Below are positions 9,734 through 19,387 of a stretch of 64,000 nucleotides of DNA, piece after piece. Below the pieces are notes generated by a model that saw only the letters and a list, made by a program, of their open reading frames with translations, made no database searches and was not told the origin of the DNA. The DNA lies in assembly GCA_965200765.1 (NCBI GenBank), contig OZ241380.1, positions 3,066,525 through 3,130,524 of the forward strand, given 5' to 3'. The stretch is from Arenicellales bacterium. GTDB lineage: Bacteria; Pseudomonadota; Gammaproteobacteria; Arenicellales; JAJDZL01. The translations under genes and the position numbers were made by a program. The stretch's first letter is position 1. Each line of letters opens with the position of its first letter.

Positions 9734-10675
9734 ATGGAAACTAAGAACAACAAATTCTTCAATATTCTTTCACTTGATGGAGGTGGGGTACGAGGAATAT
9801 TTTCCGCCCACCTTCTTGACTTGGTCCATTCTCAGTTGGAGGTTGACATATACAACAAGTTTGACCTCGTCGTAGGAACAAGCGTAGGTAGCATTGTGGC
9901 GGCATACGTTGCAACTGGCAAATGCCTAACAGACCTTGTGAAAGAATTTGAACTGAGTTGTTCCAGGATATTCAGGTCCAAATTTTGTTGCGGTGGAATA
10001 CTGAGAAGTAAATACAACAACAAGGAGCTACAACAGTTTCTTCGTGCCAATTTTGGCGAATTGCGTTTAGGTGAAATCGAAGTACCACTAATCATCAATG
10101 CTGCGAATGCCAGTACAGGAAGAGTCCACGTGTTCAAATCTCCCTATCAGAAACATCTACGTGATGGAGACTACGTTCGAGATGGAGATGTTTTTCTCTA
10201 CAAGGCAGTTTTGGCATCGTGTTCTGCACCAACTTATTTTGACCCTGTAAATCTAACGGATGGCATTATATGCGACGGTGGGATTTGGGCAAACAATCCG
10301 ACAATGGTTGGTTATGCCGATGCCATCAATAATTTCAAGGTAGAATCAGATAACATAAGAGTTTTTTCAATTGGAACTGGGAGAGCTAGTAATTTTTTCC
10401 TGCCTTCAAAATATTGGGGACTGTTAACAGGATGGAAGAAAACGAAACTAGTTGATTTTGTTATGAGCGTACAAACCCAATTCGCTGAAAACTGTGGTAC
10501 TCTGATTTTAGGCGACAATTATTATCGCATCAATCCACAGATTGATGATTGGAGTTTTGATAGATGCGCAAATGTTCCTACATTAAAGAGCTTAGCGAAA
10601 AGTGAATTTACAAATCATAGTAAACAAATTAATAACTTTTTAAACAGTGAGGTACAATGTGATGAAACATGTTGA
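9734..10675 (+). CDS. patatin-like phospholipase, CBASS effector (CapV-like)
   Basis: LSLDGGGVRG, GTSVG (GxSxG), SCSAPTYF and DGGIWANNP motifs; overlaps the CD-NTase start. Confidence 0.9.
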   Translation: METKNNKFFNILSLDGGGVRGIFSAHLLDLVHSQLEVDIYNKFDLVVGTSVGSIVAAYVATGKCLTDLVKEFELSCSRIFRSKFCCGGILRSKYNNKELQQFLRANFGELRLGEIEVPLIINAANASTGRVHVFKSPYQKHLRDGDYVRDGDVFLYKAVLASCSAPTYFDPVNLTDGIICDGGIWANNPTMVGYADAINNFKVESDNIRVFSIGTGRASNFFLPSKYWGLLTGWKKTKLVDFVMSVQTQFAENCGTLILGDNYYRINPQIDDWSFDRCANVPTLKSLAKSEFTNHSKQINNFLNSEVQCDETC

Positions 10676-12149
10676 TTACACAATTGATTTCTTGAAAAAT
10701 CAAGTTAACTTGAACCAGTCTCGGTTGAATACCTTAGACGATAAAACTGAATCTATAACTAATTTACTGAAGCATAAGCTAGAAGGCTATCGAAAATATA
10801 GTAGACAAGGCTCATATGCTCATGGAACAATAATTAAACCTGTAAAAGGCAATGATGAATTCGATGCTGATATATTGATATTCATTGAAGATGACAACTT
10901 CGATCCTAATAATTATCAGGAAGACTATGTGAAGAAAGTCTATGATGTTTTTCAGGAAAACGAAAATTATAAGGATCTCGCAATAAAAAAATCCCGTTGT
11001 TGTACATTAAACTATTCAGGTGATTTTCATATTGATTTAGTTCCTTGCGTTGAGTACGCGGAGAAAAAATATATTTGCAATAGCACAGACAAAATTTACG
11101 AAGAGACTGATGGTGACGGTTACAAGAAATGGTTGAGTGATAAAAATCGAATAGTAAGAGGAAACAACTTCAAAAAGACAACTCGACTGCTAAAATATTT
11201 GCGTGACCATAAAGACAATTTTACTATAAAGTCGATTATTCTTACTACGGTTCTTGGTTATCAAGTTAATGATTTTGAAAATTATTCGGACAAGTTTGAA
11301 GATTTGGTGGAAACGCTTGTAACTCTTTCAAACAGATTAAATGACCAGTTGCGGAATAATCCAGAAGTCATGATAGTGAAAAACCCAGTGCTAAGCGATG
11401 AAGAATTCAGTAGAAATTGGACACAAAGCCAGTACAAAAATTTTCGTACTAAATTTTACGACTACACAAAAATAATGAATGATGCTTACGAAGAAAAAAA
11501 TCACAATGAAAGTGTTAGAAAATGGAGAAAATTGTTTGGTGATAAATTCGGTAAATTGCTGGATTCGAAGTCCCTGAGAGCGGCAACTATAGCGGGAGTT
11601 TCTTTTACCACACCTTCACCGACTGCATTTGCTGAAAAACCTTACTTGAGTTCAAATCCTCATATCACTATTCCAGCTTCCCACAGTTACGAGTACAGTT
11701 CATCTGAAATGCAAAAAATAAATCAGTACTTTCCGTATTTGTACTACGAAAACAATATGATCAAGGGAAAAATTAGTTTTAGTGCAAAATTCCGTCCTAC
11801 AACACGTAAAAGGAAGTATGAATATGAAATTGTGCATTGTGTTACTGGTAAAAAATGTGTTCAAGATGCATATGAAATTGAAATACGCCTTGACGATTCA
11901 CAGTCTGCTTTGCCAAAAGTTTTTGAAGTTGGCGGGCGCCTAGAAAATTTGGCTATTGAGCTAGGTAAACCAATTGCAGATATGCACCTTTATCCTCAGG
12001 ATAAAAGTTGCTGTTTGGGCAAATTTTCAGTACGGACAAACGAAACGCTAAGTTCATTCGTAATCAAAAAAGTTTATCCGTATTTCGTTTGGCAGGCATA
12101 CTACGAAAAATTTGGCGTAAAGCCTCCAGTTGGCGATCATCCCCACTAA
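10662..12149 (+). CDS. CD-NTase (SMODS/cGAS-like cyclase) with C-terminal E2/UBC-like domain
   Basis: QGSYAHGTIIKP...EFDADI...FHIDLVP nucleotidyltransferase core and WRKLFGDKF end of fold, then a linker and ~155 extra aa with LPKVFEVGGR and HLYPQDKSCCLG. RBS GAGGT precedes ATG 10662. Confidence 0.88.
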   Translation: MKHVDYTIDFLKNQVNLNQSRLNTLDDKTESITNLLKHKLEGYRKYSRQGSYAHGTIIKPVKGNDEFDADILIFIEDDNFDPNNYQEDYVKKVYDVFQENENYKDLAIKKSRCCTLNYSGDFHIDLVPCVEYAEKKYICNSTDKIYEETDGDGYKKWLSDKNRIVRGNNFKKTTRLLKYLRDHKDNFTIKSIILTTVLGYQVNDFENYSDKFEDLVETLVTLSNRLNDQLRNNPEVMIVKNPVLSDEEFSRNWTQSQYKNFRTKFYDYTKIMNDAYEEKNHNESVRKWRKLFGDKFGKLLDSKSLRAATIAGVSFTTPSPTAFAEKPYLSSNPHITIPASHSYEYSSSEMQKINQYFPYLYYENNMIKGKISFSAKFRPTTRKRKYEYEIVHCVTGKKCVQDAYEIEIRLDDSQSALPKVFEVGGRLENLAIELGKPIADMHLYPQDKSCCLGKFSVRTNETLSSFVIKKVYPYFVWQAYYEKFGVKPPVGDHPH

Positions 12150-12223
12150 TTGCAAGGCTTTTGCTAGCTTAGTTGAAGCATTTCAGATTATTCAGGAGAC
12201 ATACACAGATTCGGAATAGTTGC

Positions 12224-14320
12224 GTGATAGACGAACTAGACGCACTTGCCTTGTTGAGACAAGCCACAGATGACAAGACAGCAAGCTTTAGAGAAGGCCA
12301 ATGGGAGGCGATTGACAAGATTGTCAATCATCGTCAAAGACTGTTGGTTGTCGAGCGGACAGGCTGGGGAAAAAGTACGGTGTATTTCATTGCTACTCGA
12401 TTTCTGCGTAACCAGGGAGGAGGACCGACACTGATAATTTCGCCATTGCTCGCATTAATTCGAAATCAAATTGAAGCAGCACAGCGGCTTGCCATTCGTG
12501 CTGCTTCAATCAACTCTGCAAATATTGACGAATGGGAAGCGATTGGAAACAGAATTGAACATGATGAGGTGGATGTAATTCTCATATCGCCTGAAAGACT
12601 TGCCAACGATGAATTCATTGAAAATTATTTGACGCCTGTGGCCGAACATGTGTCTTTGCTGGTAGTTGATGAGGCACACTGCATATCAGATTGGGGGCAT
12701 GATTTTCGTCCGGACTATCGTCGCCTTGTGCATGTCTTGCAAAGGATGCCGGCTACAATGCGAATTTTGTGTACCACCGCTACAGCCAATGACAGGGTGA
12801 TAGATGACGTAAACGAGCAGTTAGGCGAATTGAGCATTCAACGTGGAAGTCTTATGCGGGAGACAATATATCTGCACGCTATGCGTCTGAGAACGCAAGC
12901 AGAACGATTGGCTTGGTTGGCAGAAAATATAGAATCATTGCCCGGAACAGGGATCATATATACACTGACTGTTCGCGATGCAATTCAGGTTTCCAATTGG
13001 TTGCAAAGTCGAGGTATCAATGCACTTGCGTACTATAGCGATATTACCAGCGAGGATTGTGATGATAGCAATCTGTACAGGCAAAAGCTGGAAAAACTGT
13101 TGGAAGCAAATCGTGTCAAAGCACTGGTAGCAACAGTAGCACTCGGGATGGGGTACGACAAGCCCGACTTGGGATTCGTGATTCATTACCAGGCACCTAG
13201 CTCAATCGTAGCGTATTATCAGCAGGTGGGTCGGGCTGGGCGAGCAATAGACCAAGCGTTTGGAGTATTGATGTCAGGGGTGGAAGATGAAGAAATTCAT
13301 GAACATTTTCGCATCAGCGCGTTTCCTTCCAACGAATTGGTGAAGAGAGTTCTTGAATTGACTGAGGACCACGATGGAATGTCGATACCTGAGGTTGAAA
13401 GAATACTGAACTGGAAGAGAACACAGATAGAACAGGTGTTCAAGTTTTTGTCAGTTGAGAATCCGGCACCTGTAATCAAGAAATCATCCAAGTGGTACCG
13501 TACAGTCAATCCGTATCAACTTGACCACGGTCGAATTTTGCGAATCATCACCAAGAGAAAGCTGGAATGGTCTGAAGTTCAGGACTATATTGATGAACAA
13601 GGTTGCTTGATGGCATTTCTTGCCAACTCTCTGAATCAGAGGAATATTCAGCCTTGTGGCAAGTGTACAAACTGCTCTGGCAAGCCTGTTGTAAATACTG
13701 CTATTTCGGAGAATGCCATAAATATTGCGAATCGGTTTCTTTTTCACTCGGGGATACATTTTGAGTGCCGCAAGCAAATACCCGCTAACGCCTTCAAGGA
13801 ATACGATTTCAGGGGAAATTTGCCTTTGAGCTTGCGCGCGGAAACCGGTCGTGTACTGGCGCGATGGGATAACGTTGGTTGGGGTCGTATGGTTATGGAA
13901 GACAAGCAACGCGGCAGATTTCGAAGCGAGCTAGTTGATGCTGCCGTGGAGATGTATCACAACTGGTCTCCGTCTCCAGAACCTGAATGGATGACTTCAG
14001 TGCCGTCTGCAAGACGACCTGAATTAGTATTGAATTTTGTAAAACAGTTATCATATTCCCTGAATTTGCCATACAAGCCGGTAGTTATCAATGTCAAAAG
14101 CCATGAGCCGCAAAAATTACAAGAAAACAGTTTTCATCAATGTAGTAATCTTGACGGAGTATTTTCAATTGAAGGAGATGTGCCGGATACCCCGGTCTTG
14201 CTTGTAGATGACATTGTTGATTCCAGATGGACACTTACTATTGTTGCAGCCTTGCTCAGAGAAGCTGGGAGCGGACCGGTTTTTCCTTTGACACTTGCTA
14301 CTACCAATCCAAGGATGTGA
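12224..14320 (+). CDS. RecQ-family helicase with C-terminal ComF-like phosphoribosyltransferase domain
   Basis: RTGWGKS, DEAHCISDWGHDFRPDY, QQVGRAGR, Zn motif C...CGKCTNC and C-terminal VLLVDDIVDSRWT; probable GTG start at 12224. Confidence 0.9.
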   Translation: MIDELDALALLRQATDDKTASFREGQWEAIDKIVNHRQRLLVVERTGWGKSTVYFIATRFLRNQGGGPTLIISPLLALIRNQIEAAQRLAIRAASINSANIDEWEAIGNRIEHDEVDVILISPERLANDEFIENYLTPVAEHVSLLVVDEAHCISDWGHDFRPDYRRLVHVLQRMPATMRILCTTATANDRVIDDVNEQLGELSIQRGSLMRETIYLHAMRLRTQAERLAWLAENIESLPGTGIIYTLTVRDAIQVSNWLQSRGINALAYYSDITSEDCDDSNLYRQKLEKLLEANRVKALVATVALGMGYDKPDLGFVIHYQAPSSIVAYYQQVGRAGRAIDQAFGVLMSGVEDEEIHEHFRISAFPSNELVKRVLELTEDHDGMSIPEVERILNWKRTQIEQVFKFLSVENPAPVIKKSSKWYRTVNPYQLDHGRILRIITKRKLEWSEVQDYIDEQGCLMAFLANSLNQRNIQPCGKCTNCSGKPVVNTAISENAINIANRFLFHSGIHFECRKQIPANAFKEYDFRGNLPLSLRAETGRVLARWDNVGWGRMVMEDKQRGRFRSELVDAAVEMYHNWSPSPEPEWMTSVPSARRPELVLNFVKQLSYSLNLPYKPVVINVKSHEPQKLQENSFHQCSNLDGVFSIEGDVPDTPVLLVDDIVDSRWTLTIVAALLREAGSGPVFPLTLATTNPRM

Positions 14321-14321
14321 A

Positions 14322-15521
14322 ATGAAAAGAAGTCCAGAAGCAGATGCGATATTGCTTTTGACGGCGAGGCTTGGAAAGTCGTTGCAAGAAAGTGAAGAGC
14401 CCCTTACTCCGAAAGAGTGGTCAAAACTCGCGAGTTGGATGAAAGAAAATGAGTTTGCGGCAGAGTGTATTTTGGATAGAGACTTTCCGAATTTAGTCAA
14501 GGAATGGAAGGACAAGAGAGTAACAAGTTATCGAATTGAACACTTGCTCAAGCGAAAAGTAAAACTCGGATTGAAAATCGAAAATTGGGAACGTGCGGGA
14601 ATTTGGGTCAGTACCATCTCCGACTCGGACTATCCTGGGAAACTGAAGCAACGACTAGGGGACAACGCACCGCCAGTGCTTTTCGGTTGTGGGGACAAAT
14701 CACTGTTGAACCGGAAAAGCATCGCAGTTGTTGGTTCGCGCAATACAGATGCAAACAAGGAAAAGTATTCCCGCAAGATCGTAAATACTCTGGTTGAGCA
14801 AGATTATTGTGTTGTTTCAGGAGGTGCCAAGGGTATTGACCAATGCGCAATGATGGCGGCTATAAAAAATGACGGCAATGCAGTTGGAGTTCTGGCAAAT
14901 AATTTACTGCGTTCCACCACGTTATCTGATTTTCGGAAATCTATTGCATCCGGCAATCTTGCACTGATATCCCATGTAAACCCGGAATCAGGATTTTCAG
15001 TAGGCAATGCAATGGCTCGCAACAAGTACATCTACTGTCTTTCGGAAGCTGCCATTGTTGTTGAGAGCGGGGATGGTGACCATGGTGGCACATGGAATGG
15101 TGCAATCGAAAATTTACACGCATCTTGGAAGATTCCAGTGCTGGCAAAAAAGGACGGCAACGCGAAGCTTGTGGAAAAGGCAGGTGCGTATTGGTTGACT
15201 GGTGAGATCGTTGAGAATTTGGAGAATTTTATCGAAAGTTTGCCCAGTGAAGTTGAGAAGCAAGAGGCAATGCAGATTGCTACGACTTTGGATTCAAGTG
15301 AGGGCATGTACGAAGTCTTTTTGAAGAAATTGGCTGAGCTTACGACAAATACTTCGTTAAATGCAGATGATATTGCAGAACAACTGGATTTGAGCAAAAC
15401 ACAAGTTTATGCTTGGTTAAAGCGTGGTAAACTTGAAAGCAGAGTAATCAGGAAGACTAACCCGGTACGGTATTCTGTTCCTGAAAACGACCAGAAGCAG
15501 AAGACACTTAAGGGTATTTGA
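14322..15521 (+). CDS. DprA/Smf-like SLOG protein with C-terminal winged HTH
   Basis: YPGKLKQRLGDNAPPVLF, AVVGSR, VSGGAKGID, AMARNKYIY and GGTWNGA motifs; starts 1 nt after the RecQ stop. Confidence 0.88.
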   Translation: MKRSPEADAILLLTARLGKSLQESEEPLTPKEWSKLASWMKENEFAAECILDRDFPNLVKEWKDKRVTSYRIEHLLKRKVKLGLKIENWERAGIWVSTISDSDYPGKLKQRLGDNAPPVLFGCGDKSLLNRKSIAVVGSRNTDANKEKYSRKIVNTLVEQDYCVVSGGAKGIDQCAMMAAIKNDGNAVGVLANNLLRSTTLSDFRKSIASGNLALISHVNPESGFSVGNAMARNKYIYCLSEAAIVVESGDGDHGGTWNGAIENLHASWKIPVLAKKDGNAKLVEKAGAYWLTGEIVENLENFIESLPSEVEKQEAMQIATTLDSSEGMYEVFLKKLAELTTNTSLNADDIAEQLDLSKTQVYAWLKRGKLESRVIRKTNPVRYSVPENDQKQKTLKGI

Positions 15522-15989
15522 TATGCAAACTCAATTTCAGAGCGTTGCATTCGAAAATGCTGATTTACTCAGTCTGTCCCACTGATAAATTTTCGTTATT
15601 GGCAGTAGCCCCAAAAACGGAATGTCGGCTCATTAAATCTTGTCTCCCTTTCAACAGAGACTCATGCGTATTCATCAATAATGCGTAAGCAGAGCAGTTG
15701 CCACAATCAAGTTCTGTTGCATGTTTTCTCTTTCCGTACAGCGTTCCAACCGTCAGTGATTCCTGATGACAGCAAATGCGATACGGTGTGGTGTCTTGGC
15801 CTACTAATTAACTGGACAAAGATTAATCCAATTTATTTTAGTTTCCATGGATAATTCCGGAAAAATATCCTGGTTGTCGTTCCTGTCCGAAATGGGCAGC
15901 TCTCCGGTCATCTCCAGCAGATTGTTTCTGGCGGCTTGGCCCATCCCTGCCAATTCGGAATTGTCACCGCCAGTCCGTCCAGGTAGACA

Positions 15990-16240
15990 TCAGACGGTAC
16001 CAGAGGGTCCCCGTTGCAGGCCGGAAAGTGGCTTCTTTCAGTACATGTGGTGATCAGCAACTTCAAATACTTTCTCATAGGAACACTCCACGGTGTGTCA
16101 AAAATGTATAATCAGGAGTATGTAAATGAGTTTGTATACTGATTCAACTGCCGGTACTGGGATAGACAATTGGTCGACCGGCTTTTGATAATCAATGTGG
16201 GGCATGCTCCCGTTCCATTTAGGCTGATGTAATGCATAGC
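15990..16240 (+). mobile_element. IS1595-family transposase 3' relic with probable right end
   Basis: Translates AGKWLLSVHVVISNFKYFLIGTLHGVSKMYNQEYVNEFVY*FNCR, the ISXO2-like C-terminal motif with an in-frame stop. Confidence 0.75.
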
Positions 16241-16300
16241 AAAAAAGGAATTGGGTAACGGCCTGAAATATAAAGCAGTTAATTTTGGAGTTGCTTAACT

Positions 16301-18091
16301 ATGAGTAGGTTGGTCATCACTATTTTTGTTGGTTTAATTGTTTCGTATTATGGTATTGGGTCAAGAGTAGCTAATTCCGATGAAAATATAGAAAGCTATG
16401 AAGCTTTAACTCGAATATTTGAAATTGCTGAACAGGGAGATGCTGAAGCACAATACATTCTCGGATTGATATATTACGACGGAGAGGGAGTTGCTCAATA
16501 CCAGCGAGAAGCGGCAAAATGGTTCAGACATGCGGCGGAGCAGGGACTCGCTAAGGCACAATACATTCTGGGATTGATGTACGACAACGGAGAAGGGGTC
16601 GACCAGGACCATCGAGAGGCGGCGAAGTGGTACAGGCTTGCCGCGGAGCAGGGAGATTCTTCTGCACAAAACAATCTGGGATTGATGTACGACAACGGAG
16701 AAGGGGTCGACCAGGACCATCGAGAGGCGGCGAAGTGGTACAGGCTTGCCGCGGAGCAGGGAGATGCTTCTGCACAAAACAATCTGGGATTGATGTACGA
16801 CAACGGAGAAGGGGTCGACCAGGACCATCAAGAAGCGGCGAAATGGTTCAGGCTTGCCGCGGAGCAGGGAGATGCTTCTGCACAAAACAGTCTGGGATTG
16901 ATGTACGACAACGGAGAAGGCGTTGACCGGAACCAGCGAGAAGCGGCGAAATGGTTCAGGCTTGCCGCGGAGCAGGGAAATGCTTTGGCACAAAACAATC
17001 TGGGATTGATGTACGACAACGGAGAAGGTGTTGACCAGAACCAGCGAGAAGCGGAGAGGTGGTTCAGGCTCGCGGCAAGGCAAAGAAATGCTTCTGCCCA
17101 ATACAATCTGGGATTGAAGTACAACAATGGAGAAGGCGTTGACCAGAACCAGCGAGAAGCGGCGATTTGGTTCAAGCTTGCTGCGGAGCAGGGACATGCT
17201 TCGGCACAATTCAATCTGGGATTGATGTACGACAACGGAGAAGGCGTTGACCAGAACCAGCGAGAGGCGGCGACATGGTTCAGGCTTGCTGCGGAGCAGG
17301 GACATGCTTCGGCACAATTCAATCTGGGATTGAAGTACAACAACGGAGAAGGCGTTGACCAGAACCAGCGAGAGGCGGCGACATGGTTCAGGCTTGCTGC
17401 GGAGCAGGAACATGCCTCGGCACAATTCAATCTGGGATTGATGTACAACAATGGAGAAAGCGTTGCCCAAGACCAGCGAGAAGCGGCGAAGTGGTTCAGG
17501 CTTGCGGCGGAGCAGGGACTTGCTGATGCACAATACAATCTGGGCTGGATGTACGTCAACGGAAAAGGAGTTGACCGGAACCAGCGAGAAGCGGCGAGGT
17601 GGTTCAGGCTCGCGGCGAAGCAGGGACATGCTTCTGCCCAATACAATCTGGGACTAATGTACAACAATGGAGAAGGCGTTGCCCAAGATCAGCGAGAAGC
17701 CGCGAGGTGGTACAGGCTCGCGGCAAAGCAGGGAAATGCTTCTGCACAATACAATTTGGGCTGGATGCACAACAATGGAGAAGGCGTTGCCCAAGACCAG
17801 CGAGAAGCGGCAAAGTGGTATAGGCTTGCGGCGAAGCAGGGAAACGCTGATGCGCAACACAATCTAGGCTTGCTTTATTTTGCAAATTATGAGTCATTTG
17901 AATTACTTCACCGAGCATATCTTTGGTCATCAATTGCAGCGCATTTCGGGCGAATATCGAAATCATTTGAATTGCTTCATAAAATTGAAAGTAAACTAAC
18001 CAAAAAACAACTAAAAATAGCCAGGCAGACCGTCCTTGAATGTACGAAATTGAATTGGAGGGGATGCGAGGTTCCTCTATTACCACCGTAA
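16301..18091 (+). CDS. secreted Sel1-like repeat protein A (13 repeats + cap, 596 aa)
   Basis: N-terminal hydrophobic signal/anchor; 36-aa repeats AAEQG..AQ.NLG.MY..GEGV.Q...EA..W. Confidence 0.95.
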   Translation: MSRLVITIFVGLIVSYYGIGSRVANSDENIESYEALTRIFEIAEQGDAEAQYILGLIYYDGEGVAQYQREAAKWFRHAAEQGLAKAQYILGLMYDNGEGVDQDHREAAKWYRLAAEQGDSSAQNNLGLMYDNGEGVDQDHREAAKWYRLAAEQGDASAQNNLGLMYDNGEGVDQDHQEAAKWFRLAAEQGDASAQNSLGLMYDNGEGVDRNQREAAKWFRLAAEQGNALAQNNLGLMYDNGEGVDQNQREAERWFRLAARQRNASAQYNLGLKYNNGEGVDQNQREAAIWFKLAAEQGHASAQFNLGLMYDNGEGVDQNQREAATWFRLAAEQGHASAQFNLGLKYNNGEGVDQNQREAATWFRLAAEQEHASAQFNLGLMYNNGESVAQDQREAAKWFRLAAEQGLADAQYNLGWMYVNGKGVDRNQREAARWFRLAAKQGHASAQYNLGLMYNNGEGVAQDQREAARWYRLAAKQGNASAQYNLGWMHNNGEGVAQDQREAAKWYRLAAKQGNADAQHNLGLLYFANYESFELLHRAYLWSSIAAHFGRISKSFELLHKIESKLTKKQLKIARQTVLECTKLNWRGCEVPLLPP

Positions 18092-18109
18092 ACGTCCAAC
18101 GGTGGAACG

Positions 18110-18427
18110 AATGAGGATTTGCGCTCTGCAAATATTTCTCTTGATATTTTTTTAATTGAAGATCAATTTGAGAAAAACTTGGTTTATCTTCTCAAAATTG
18201 GCTAGAAGTTTGTTGTTCAATCCGATAAATTTTGCTTTGCGATTTTTTGTTTTGCAACCGCTGGAATCTGAAGAAGTGTAGTAGCTGGGCTGTGTGGAAA
18301 GATGATCTTGATGAAATGCGCAAAACTTGAAAATTTTGATTCTAGTTGCTACATCCGCATGGATAGAATTTTTGCTAACACAGGTTACCCCGCCTGTGTT
18401 AGTGTAGAAGAACTACTTGTAGATAGT
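18110..18427 (+). pseudogene. decayed vapB-vapC relic (copy A)
   Basis: Inverted homologue of 19040-19370 and 22340-22670; reads ...ILILVATSAWIEFL..., with stops and frameshifts. Confidence 0.6.
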
Positions 18428-18550
18428 CAGTTCTGAAAACCCCATTTCGTGTTGTACAACGATTTGATTGAAGAATCAATTCAAGAAAGTGCGAAAAGGC
18501 AGGCATAAAATTGCCAGGAATTGTATAATCATTACTTGATTTCTTGCAAT

Positions 18551-18835
18551 TACCCCAGAAATGCCAATTTAAAAGTCCCCACTTTCAGGGTTTGACACGC
18601 ACCCCCGCTCGCGGGGGTGCGTGTCTGGAAATTGACAAATTCAGTATGCTCAGGGGCTTGCAGTATTCGATTGGGAATCGAAGGAGGCCCCCGAGCATAT
18701 GAAAATCCTATACGAGGTATGCATGATACATTCAATAAAGTCTATAGGACTGAGCATTAGCAAGATTGCCCGCTTGGCGGGTTGCGACCGCAAGATAGTG
18801 CGCAAGTTTCTGGCGCAAAACCTGCGGCGCCAGAT
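18551..18835 (+). mobile_element. IS21-family left end and istA 5' relic
   Basis: TACCCCAG...AAAGTCCCCACTTT end repeats, a 15-bp hairpin, RBS AAGGAGG, then MKILYEVCMIHSIKSIGLSISKIARLAGCDRKIVRKFL (IstA HTH). Confidence 0.7.
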
Positions 18836-18901
18836 TTTCCCGAACAGCGTTCAAACCACCTGCGATACCTGATGACAGCTAATACGACACAGTTGTGGTA
18901 C

Positions 18902-19340
18902 CTAATCGAATTCAACTGATATTGCAAGAATGGCAATCAAACTTAGTAGTAATCTGTAGAATTCAGTTGGGTGATGCAAGTACCGAGCACTTGCAAGAAT
19001 CTCCTTTCGAATTGCATCGCATGTCCCAATGTTATAGGTCGTACTACCATCTTCAAGCAGTTCTTCTGCACTAACACCAGCAGGTGTATCTGTATAGCGT
19101 AAAAATTCTATTCGTGCGGAAGTATCAACCAGAATCAAAATTTTCAAGTGTTGTGTATTTCGTCAAGATCATCTTCCCATCCAACACTGCGAAGTTGCTG
19201 GACTTCTTCCGGTTCCAATATTTCCAAAACAAAAAATCGCAAAGCAAGATTGATTGGATTAAACAAATACTTCCGTCCGATTTTGAGAAGATAAACCAAG
19301 TTGTTCTCAAAATAATCTTCAATTTAGACAATATCGAGGG
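18902..19340 (-). pseudogene. decayed vapB-vapC (PIN) relic (copy B)
   Basis: ILVDTSARIEFLR...TCDAIRKEILASAR is a PIN/VapC N-terminus, truncated at 81 aa; upstream VapB-like GWEDDLDEI segment. Confidence 0.7.
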
Positions 19341-19387
19341 AAATACTTGCAGAGCGCAAATCCTTATTCGTACAACTATCTGACGTT

